Shown in pieces: positions 24,608-32,536 of a DNA stretch of 32,536 bases. Source of the DNA: Psammoneis japonica (taxonomy: Eukaryota); assembly GCA_008632985.1 (NCBI GenBank), contig QPGO01000047.1, positions 388,608-421,143 of the forward strand, read 5' to 3'. Each line of letters begins with the position of its first letter. Position 1 is the first letter of the stretch. The translations under genes and the position numbers were made by a program. The notes beneath the pieces were generated by a model. That model had not been told where the DNA came from, searched no databases, and saw only the letters and a list, made by a program, of their open reading frames with translations.

Positions 24608-25137
24608 AATTAGAGCTCGTGAAAAATAAGCAGGGATATTAGGGAACTTTTTTTCAGGATCGCCTCGCAGACCCCAAGACCCATATATCGGTGGAAAGCT
24701 CTCGACGAGCTGAACAAGGTCAAACGCATGTTGTATCGGTCGGAGTGAGCGGAAAGCGAATGTTTGTCGTTGAAAATTTGGTATTTATTTAAGGAAAAAT
24801 AACGGTTATATTCGCCTTTTTGTAATTGATTTTTGTATTTATATACAAACATTAGTCGTATCATAAATTTGACATTTAATCCGGAGTTCCGAAATCTCAT
24901 ACAGGATTGTATACTATATAAATTACTTATGGGACACCTTGTTTCTATACTTTGCTCTTGCTCTACAGCTCTGAAAAATGAAGATATCGAAAAAAGGCTT
25001 TCGTCAGTCGCTGCAACTGGGTGTGTTTTAGTGACTGACGAAAGCCGATTTTCGATAAGTATTTTTGGTGTCGAGATTTTTCAATAGCAAAAATACTTCG
25101 CTACTATTTACATACCTCCGGTACGCGCACGCACATC

Positions 25138-26187
25138 ATGGTTTTGCGGAACTTTTTCGCTCGCCGATCACCGAGCAAAATGCGTGTCACGACCATGAGC
25201 AACGCAGCGGCAGAGCCAGCCTCCTCCTCTTCGTCCTCCTCCGGTGATGATTCTTCCGTGTCATTAACCTCCTCAGAGGAATCACCCTCGGCAGTCGCTA
25301 AAATTCGCAGCTTGGAAGACCTTCCGTCAGACGACAGCGTTTCTCTCGACAGTAGTAGCAGCAGCGATGATGATGAAGCGAGCGAGAGTAGCAGTGGCAG
25401 TAGCAGTCAACACGACGAAGAATACGACAATGAAGATGACGTTGAACAGCACATGACTCTGCAGGAACGACTAGAGAAACAGCGCTCAGAAGGTAGTATG
25501 AAGTTAACAAAGGCTTTACACGACAAACGTCGACGAAAAAAGGAGGCGATTGAAAAGGCACGAGAACAACTGCACAAGTCGGACAAGAACCTTGCAGAAA
25601 AGGAGACAAAAACAAAGAAGAGGTCCAAGCATGCTCCAACAGTGGCAAGCTCGTTACGACGTGATTTTTATCAGCGTGGTGCGCCTCTATTGAACTCATC
25701 AGGCATTGGAGTGGAGATTGGAAGCGGAAGATACAAGGCTCGCGATCCGAGATTTAGTTCTGACGGCAACACAAAAGCCACCAATCGTAACTATGAATTT
25801 ATGAAAGAAAAGTATCAAGAAGAAATAAAGAGAGTTAAACAGCGAATTGCGCTTCGAAAATTGACCGGAAGGCGGGGACAGCGACGACGTCAAGCACATC
25901 GAGCTGAATTGCAGCAAACGACGTTGGAGCAAGATGAAGCTACTTTGCAACGATTGATTCAACAGAGAGCGACGCTACAACAGACAGAGTTGCAACAGCA
26001 AGTTCAGAAAGTCGTTCAAGAAAAGTACCACCAGCAGGGTTACTATCCGAAGCGCAACAAAGTGAAACAAATAACGACAGAGCTCAAGTATGAGCAGCTC
26101 AAGCGCAAAGGCGGGCAGAACGCAATCAACAAGGCATTGGCAAAGAAAAGGAAGAAAAACAAAAGCAAAGATGCAAAGCTGTTTTAA
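25138..26187 (+). CDS. RRP36: rRNA biogenesis protein RRP36 (DUF947 family)
   Basis: Acidic Ser-rich N-terminus, then KRSKHAPTVASS, KARDPRF, NYEFM, coiled coil and YYPKR..LKYEQLK..KALAKKRKKNKSKD. The start may be a downstream Met. Confidence 0.85.
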   Translation: MVLRNFFARRSPSKMRVTTMSNAAAEPASSSSSSSGDDSSVSLTSSEESPSAVAKIRSLEDLPSDDSVSLDSSSSSDDDEASESSSGSSSQHDEEYDNEDDVEQHMTLQERLEKQRSEGSMKLTKALHDKRRRKKEAIEKAREQLHKSDKNLAEKETKTKKRSKHAPTVASSLRRDFYQRGAPLLNSSGIGVEIGSGRYKARDPRFSSDGNTKATNRNYEFMKEKYQEEIKRVKQRIALRKLTGRRGQRRRQAHRAELQQTTLEQDEATLQRLIQQRATLQQTELQQQVQKVVQEKYHQQGYYPKRNKVKQITTELKYEQLKRKGGQNAINKALAKKRKKNKSKDAKLF

Positions 26188-27179
26188 TCACAGTTTGAAT
26201 CACTTTTGCCCTGCCATGCATTGCAAAATATTCTTCTTGTGCATGAAGGTAAGCAAAGGATTCCTCACACTTTTCTTCATCCTCATCCACTGCCAAAGAT
26301 GTCGTTTCCGGAAAAAGCAGGACAATTAGTAATGATTCAAACAGACCGTCGGATTCCATACTCTTGGTGGCGGAAAAAGCTGAGATGTAGGATTTGTGTG
26401 GTAAGATCCAAAAGTTTGATCCAACCGAAGGGACTTGGACGACGATGCGCACCTTGGACCTACCAATAGCAATCGCGGTATGTTGGTAGATGAAGTAACC
26501 ACGCTAGCACCCGGGTGAGGAAGAGGTCCACATCAAACGCGTGTACCCATTTCTCTTTGGGGCGGAATGCTTGGTCCCACTGCTCAGCTTTTTACAATCG
26601 AGATTAATAAACAAGGCAAAATACTGTAGGTTTTGGAATAGTGTGGTGGGGATCTGCTCTGTTGGTATATACAAGTACTATGATGGCATGATTCGCTTTA
26701 AGCAAAATGCTGTAGCCTCTGAATCGTCTTGGTGGCCATAATAAGTAAGCATGGGAGCTCCGCAAACAGACAGGATTGTCGAAAACAACATGGTATATCT
26801 AACATTTGCAAAAGAAACACTTCATCCGCACTGGAAAGCCACGTACTAGGACAAGAGCGCCTACAGGTATGCTGATTGCGCCTACAGTATCTCTTCGTGG
26901 ATTCTACTTCTAGGTGCCAATCGCGGTTGAGACGGTGAACTCTCCGAAAAGCAGCGAATGTGTTTCACAAGAGATGCAATAGACTGAGAAACTTTTCTCT
27001 AGAGAATACATTTCGCAATTCAGCATGACCAAAACCGACATCCTGACCTCATATATACACATGGCCGTCTACTCTAGAGTAGCCTTTTCCTCCTCTCTTC
27101 TCTAGAGAGAGTACCGGTACCTTGAAGGCAGGGCGTGATGATTCGTCCGTCATCTGTCCTACTGTACCTTCAACTTCAA

Positions 27180-28169
27180 TCATGTCCGATTCGCGCTTGC
27201 AGTCGCGCAAGACATTCCCGCCATGACAGAAACAGTTCGTCCAACTGCCGCATTACTTCGCAAGGAACCAAGTGCAATGGCGGCTTCTGCTGCGTCCGCA
27301 GCCTCCTTTCTCCTTGAAATTTCATCTTTGTCCATAACTTGATATTGTAAGCTTTCTGATACCAGACCACCAAGGTTCAGATCAGGACGCGAGGTCTCGG
27401 GTGGTGGAGAATTCGAAAACTGTACGCATTGTTGCGTCGGATTAACAGAAGGGGCTACGCCATTGGGGTAATTCAATTGAACAAAACCCGTCATAGGAAT
27501 ATACGATGGCTGTAGATCAGAGTGAGCATATGTCAGAGCAATATATGCGAGAGGGAGAACCGTATATACCTTTCAGCACATGTAACAGACTTTAGACTCA
27601 CCACCACAATGCCATCACATGAGGCAGCTCTCTTCTTTTCTCGGAGAGCGTGAGAACACTTTTGTAGCGCCTTATAAAATCCAACATCCTCATAGACAAA
27701 TCTACCTTTGGCGCCTTTGGATGGACTCTCACACAGAAACCTGCCACCTCTTGCAAGAACCTGATTATGAACTTGCAGTGCAATCGCCTTCTTCTCCTTT
27801 TTAGATTTGGCTCCGGAGTATTCCTCCTTTCTCATTTCGACAAGCCAACGAAAGCGACGATTACCAATGTAGTCATATGCACCCGAGCCTCGGCCAAGCA
27901 AAACGTCATCAGGTCTGATGAACTGATGACTCTGGCGTTCATTGATGCAGGTCAGGTTGCCGATTTCTGTCGTGCTGTGTTGTGCGATTGGAGCCTGAGA
28001 CAAAAGCAAAGTCGATTAGCCATAAAACCGCTAGTAAGATGATGCGTGGAGTCACCAAGCAAGGAAAGAAGAACAGCGAACGTACCTGCTCAAGGGAGAT
28101 TGGTGAAGTTACTTTCGTCTGATTGGGCTTCTTTCGTTCCCGGAGAGCATGTTGGCACTTTCTAAGCGC
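27180..28169 (-). CDS. DUF6824-type diatom protein, 5' part cut off by the Copia insertion. Exons 28169-28086, 27994-27602, 27509-27180
   Basis: DDVLLGRG....IGNRRFR.LV..RKEEY....KKEK..IA..V...GGRFL...KCSHALRE. Two phase-0 GT-AG introns splice in frame. The upstream exon carries the tail of another such domain (ALRKCQHALRE). Confidence 0.8.
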
Positions 28170-28464
28170 TGTGAGTTCGAGTCACGAGTCAACAACCGAG
28201 TCTGATTCACGGATGACGCTTCCGGTCATGGATCTCTTCTTCCGGAAGAAATGTCCGTTGAGTCTTCTAGCGATAGTAATCGGAGTGACACACACGACCG
28301 TTAGGTCATAATGTCATCTCCAATCCCTCGTGAGATCTTCTCACAATTCGTATCTTTAGCGTATCTTATTGTCCCAAAACTGCTTCTTGTCATCCTCTGT
28401 TGTATTGTACAACCTCAAGAGAGTCCTGAACTCTCCATCCTACACAGTGTATTGTTGTGTCCCA
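28170..28464 (+). repeat. Putative 5' LTR (TG...CA)
   Basis: Starts TGTGAG where the DUF6824 motif breaks off and ends CA two bases before a TGG-starting PBS-like site. The second LTR is not in the window, so this is unconfirmed. Confidence 0.5.
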
Positions 28465-28466
28465 AG

Positions 28467-28480
28467 TGGTTACGACCCCA
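28467..28480 (+). promoter_or_regulatory. Putative primer-binding site TGGTTACGACCCCA
   Basis: Position after the LTR-like CA and resemblance to the copia-type GGTTATGGGCCCA site. Cognate tRNA not identified. Confidence 0.45.
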
Positions 28481-28646
28481 ATCCACGCACCGGTGTCAAC
28501 TCGCAACGGAGTTGCTGCCACTCGTTCGTCTCGTTACAGACGACATCCCATCCAACGGCGATCTTCTATGTCGCAATCCAACGGCGATCATCTGTGTCGC
28601 AATCCCCACCTGCTAATCGATCCTCTGTGTCGAATCATCCATAACC

Positions 28647-31112
28647 ATGTCCATGGATCCTGACACCGTCAAGATGTTTGCTGAGGCCTTCACCAAGATG
28701 CAAACCTCGACCAACCCTCCTACGATCCCCACGCCGCTTCGCGGCGGCATCCACCACTCTCATGGAGTGCATCTGGGTGGTTCGGCTCTGAACAACAAGT
28801 GCGAGCAGACCGACACCCGCACCTGCCGTTTTGCCTCGCAACGTCGCCATCCAAAGGCTGTCGACTCTGTCGAGCGATCTCTCAGAGATCAACTCGCTTC
28901 GGCAACCACATCCAAGTTCAACGGCCAGATTGAGTTGTCCAACGGTTCCAGCACTGAACTGGACAAAGACCACTTTGTCAAGACCATTCAGGACTTAATC
29001 GAGTCACACGGACAAGAAACTTTCTACTGTCTCAAGAAAGTCGACGGCAAGGTCGTGTGCCTTTTTGATCATCTTCACGCCTTCACTGTCAAAGACCTTG
29101 AGAAGGAACATGAGACCCGTGTGGCGGCTGCAGGTGACGAAGGCTACGATCAGTGTGAAATCGATGACATCGGCTTGTCACAACTCATCGTCAAGTCACG
29201 CATCACCGAAACCTTCCGTGAAAAGATTGAAACCAAGTTTAATCACTTGAAGAACTGCAAGGATCTTCCGGGGTCTGTCTCATTTATGATGGCTCTGGAC
29301 ACCTGCAACGCCAGTGCTCTGGTTGACGTCAAGGCCGCCAAGGAAAAGTTGAACGACTTAACTCTGGATGACTGCCCTGGCGAAGACTGCACCGAGCTTG
29401 CAACCGAAGCTCTGCGCCTGCTCAAGATCATGCAGACGGACTGTGCGTCACCAGTTGAAACTGGGTCTGCTGTTTTATCTAAGGTGTCAAAGACATCCTC
29501 CGAGTTTTTCAATCGTCAAGTTTTTGCCAAGCTCGACTCCGTCAAGCGCTTGGAGCGCAAATGTCGCTTGCGTGACCCGGCAGAAGTCCCCAAGGATGCC
29601 GACTGTGCGGATCTCGGACCTGTTGGCCTCATTGGCTGGATCACCAAGACCCATGGCGAACTCATTAGCGATGAAGATTGGCCTGCCTTAGCAGCCAAGC
29701 TCCCGGAATCCAACCTCACCAAGGACAACTCGGAAAAGCATTGCTGCGGCTGTGGCAAGGTTGGGTGCACCAAACGCATGTGTCCCACCTGCAAGGAGCA
29801 ATGCAAGAAGGACAAAAAGGGCACGGCAGACAAGTCCAAGGATGACCCTCCGGATGTCCGGAAGACTGACCCTTCCAAGAAACCACCCAAGCCGGCCTGG
29901 CGTTTCGTTCACAAAGGTGCCACTGTCACCGACGAGAAAGGCACGACCTGGCACTGGTGCGACAAGTGTGTGAACAAGGAAACGGGCAAGAAGGGCATGC
30001 ATCAAGGCCACTCCTCCGCTCAACACACCGGGAAACCGTCTGTCAACACCGAAACCACCGCTGCGGCAAATTTATCTGCTGTGTCGGACCCCTCTTCGGG
30101 CATTCCTTTTGGTCCTCCCAAGCAGACGACGTCTCCGCCTACAGACGAACCCTCTGACCCTAACGAGCTGGTTTATTGCGGCATGTGGTGTGCACCTGTG
30201 GACGACTCTTTGGGTTCGACTCCAGTGACTACGACCGTCTCGTTCACTCCTGCTCCATCGGCCGAGAGGGAGACTGCCGTGGCCAAACCCGCTCCCATCT
30301 TGGTTGAAACGGTTGACCCCGAAGACGCTGACGATTGCTCTGAGTGCTCCAACGCTCACTCCTCTTTTGACTCCCTGCCGTCAGCTGTCGAGCTGTTTCC
30401 GGCCTGTGCCATGCATGAGATTCAAAATCCGGACGTGTTTTATGACACGATCGCAACTCACGTGGAAGGTCTGTCCGACGATGTGTTAGACGATCTCGTT
30501 TCCGGGGCAAGCATCCCACCTTTCGAAGACAGCTGCGAGCACTTACCTCCAAGCACCCAGCATCGCGGTTTCGAATTTTACGATCCCGAACCCCAAGATG
30601 TTGATTGTGGCATCGAGGAGGCAACGCCGAGCTCTCGTCTTGAGCTTTTCTGGAACTTCTTGAAGCTCCGAGTTTTCTGGCTGTTTGCTGTGTTCTGGGA
30701 AACGGCACTGCACATTTGCTGTGCGCCGATTCCTGTCTTACCTCGTCGTGTGCGCCGCAAGGCATTCATCCCAACCATTCACGGTTTCCCCTCTACCTGG
30801 ATGGTGCTGACTGGAGCTGTCATGGTCTGGGCATCTGTTTTCAACGGTCAGCTTCCCACGCATCCATTCTCCAATGTCCCCTCTCGCTTCTCCAAAGCCA
30901 GCTCTCAGGTCTGCTCGATCATTGAAGAACTGGACGATGAGACAGTGTTAGATCCGGGCAGTTTGGTGGAATGCAACAAGATCAAGGCGCGACAAGTGCT
31001 TGCCGAATTTGTGGAGCGCGATCCGGACCATTGTCTGAGCAAGAAATTCACGCAGCTCTGGGAGAACGACGCATGCTCTTCCCTAGGCCGCTGCATCCCT
31101 CCAGCTCTATAA
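28647..31112 (+). CDS. gag: Copia Gag-like ORF with long C-terminal extension, Tyr-depleted
   Basis: 821-aa ORF with CCGCGKVGC..MCPTC and WHWCDKC...H.GHSSAQH motifs. About 35 Cys versus 5 Tyr by my count. Confidence 0.8.
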   Translation: MSMDPDTVKMFAEAFTKMQTSTNPPTIPTPLRGGIHHSHGVHLGGSALNNKCEQTDTRTCRFASQRRHPKAVDSVERSLRDQLASATTSKFNGQIELSNGSSTELDKDHFVKTIQDLIESHGQETFYCLKKVDGKVVCLFDHLHAFTVKDLEKEHETRVAAAGDEGYDQCEIDDIGLSQLIVKSRITETFREKIETKFNHLKNCKDLPGSVSFMMALDTCNASALVDVKAAKEKLNDLTLDDCPGEDCTELATEALRLLKIMQTDCASPVETGSAVLSKVSKTSSEFFNRQVFAKLDSVKRLERKCRLRDPAEVPKDADCADLGPVGLIGWITKTHGELISDEDWPALAAKLPESNLTKDNSEKHCCGCGKVGCTKRMCPTCKEQCKKDKKGTADKSKDDPPDVRKTDPSKKPPKPAWRFVHKGATVTDEKGTTWHWCDKCVNKETGKKGMHQGHSSAQHTGKPSVNTETTAAANLSAVSDPSSGIPFGPPKQTTSPPTDEPSDPNELVYCGMWCAPVDDSLGSTPVTTTVSFTPAPSAERETAVAKPAPILVETVDPEDADDCSECSNAHSSFDSLPSAVELFPACAMHEIQNPDVFYDTIATHVEGLSDDVLDDLVSGASIPPFEDSCEHLPPSTQHRGFEFYDPEPQDVDCGIEEATPSSRLELFWNFLKLRVFWLFAVFWETALHICCAPIPVLPRRVRRKAFIPTIHGFPSTWMVLTGAVMVWASVFNGQLPTHPFSNVPSRFSKASSQVCSIIEELDDETVLDPGSLVECNKIKARQVLAEFVERDPDHCLSKKFTQLWENDACSSLGRCIPPAL

Positions 31113-32536
31113 GACCTCGAGTCCTGCTTCGACACCTGTGATTCAGAGGAAGCCCTCGGCCCGCTCCCGAACGAGCCGAGCCACTACTTTGACACGGTTG
31201 AGGAGCTCTCTCCGGACTATTTTCGTTTCGACGAGCTGTCCACCAAGTTTGGTTTCGTGGACACCACTCCATGGCAAGACCCTGTGAAGCTTCTCCAGGC
31301 AGCCACTGACGGAACCGAAGCCTGTCCTGCTCATACCTCTGTGCAGGTGTTGACAGGCCAACGTTCTTTAGCACAACTCGCCGCCGACCTGCAAGCTTTG
31401 CTGAGCCTGGCACATGAGTGCCACACCGTCACATGCGATGCTGGCGCATCCTCAGCCATTGCTTGCGATGAAAACGACTTTGTCGGACCTCCAACGATCC
31501 CTGATGGCCCGTTGAAGCTTGGGGGTCTAGCAAATGGCTTAACCATCGCCGGCATCGGACCCGTCTCCTGGGTTTTCCATGACGAGGACGGCTCTGAGCT
31601 CGTCGTCAAGACGATGGCGTGCCATGCACCTCAGGCCGGACAACGTCTTCTATCCCCACAACGCCTCTACAGCAAGGAACATGGCATGACAGGAAAATGT
31701 GAGGGAGACGAGGACTCATTTCGAGTGCATGTTGATGGCGCCGGTTCGCTCAAGGTCGCGCACGCGTCAAATCACTTGCCGGTTGCGTCTGTGACCAACG
31801 GGGTGGCACCCGCTCCTCAAGTCAATCTGTCTGTGTTGCACGAGGACAACCAGAACCTCACCACCGGTCAGAAGCTCCTTCAAGAATGGCACTTCAGGTT
31901 TGGTCACCTGAACATGCCACGCATCCAAGGCCTGCTTCGGGCCGAACCTTTTCTCCGACCCAAATTCAAGCATGCTTCGCGTTGCGACATTCCGCGGTGC
32001 GAGGTGTGCGAACATGCCAAAGGACATCGCCGAACCCTCAAGTCTGCCAAACATGCGGCTACTCCAGAGCGTGAGGGTGCTCTTCGAGCCGAGCATCTAC
32101 GTCCAGGCCAAGCCGTCAGCGTGGATCACTTCGAATCCCGTCTCCTCGGCCGAACCTACGACTCCTGCGGGAAGGCCTCGTCCCAGCAATACAAAGGAGG
32201 CTGCATTTTTGTGGATCATGCCTCCGGTTACCCACATGTTGAACACCAACTTGGTTTCTCTGCTGTGGAAATGGTGCGAGCGAAGCAAGCGTTTGAAAAG
32301 CACGCGATGGACCACGGCATCATCATCCAAGAATTTCTTGCCGATTCTGGCGCTTTCAAGGCCAACACTTTTGTGCAATACATGCGACAGCACGAACAAC
32401 GTCTCCGTTTTTGCGGAACCAACGCCCACCATCAGAATGGCGTCGCAGAACGCGGCATTCGCTCCGTCTCCAACATGGCGAGAGCGATGCTCCTCCACGC
32501 ATCCATCCGTTGGAAGGGGGGCACAGACAGCTCTTT
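31113..32536 (+). CDS. pol: Copia pol region (protease, GAG-pre-integrase, integrase core), same frame as gag after one TAA, runs off window
   Basis: VTCDAGASS (protease), RLLSPQ, LQEWHFRFGHLN...CEVC, PGQAVSVDHF, CIFVDHASG, ADSGAF and AHHQNGVAERGIR. Missing from the ORF track because it has no stop before the window end. Confidence 0.92.

Larger units (their letters stand above)
28170..32536 (+). mobile_element. Ty1/Copia LTR retrotransposon (diatom CoDi-like), right-truncated by window
   Basis: Putative LTR and PBS, gag with Cys/His knuckles, protease, GAG-pre-integrase, then integrase directly after protease (Copia order). The left edge is inferred. Confidence 0.93.

Noticed and set aside
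26126..27060. Minus-strand gene between RRP36 and the DUF6824 gene
   Set aside because: Protein-like patches exist, but frames are interrupted, the ORF overlaps the RRP36 3' end, and I could not build a splice model or recognise a domain.

Overview
Eukaryotic genomic DNA, most likely a diatom (DUF6824-type gene, diatom-style Copia element, short GT-AG introns, bipartite-like targeting peptide). Intact-looking genes: an EamA/DMT transporter, a tandem-ACT (GcvR-like) protein, a saccharopine-dehydrogenase-like oxidoreductase, an SPP-like aspartic protease, RRP36 and a probable 62-aa CaaX microprotein. These are interleaved with three copies of a ~2 kb unit encoding a membrane protein with a Tudor/SH3-like tail, broken copies of PRP43, beta-COP and a 2OG-Fe(II) oxygenase, and a Ty1/Copia element inserted into a DUF6824 gene. 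The strongest signal is a directional, patchy loss of TpA by TpA->TpG/CpA transitions (A->G on either strand) in repeated or mobile DNA. This is the reverse of fungal RIP and is separable from CpG decay. It converts Tyr to Cys/His, appears to have altered the Copia protease motif, spares TTAA, and fades toward live genes. It looks like a repeat-directed adenine hypermutation (genome defence) system. The responsible enzyme is not visible in this window. All counts are by eye, gene calls rest on motif recognition, and most short ORFs in the supplied track are artefacts of lost TAA/TAG stops.
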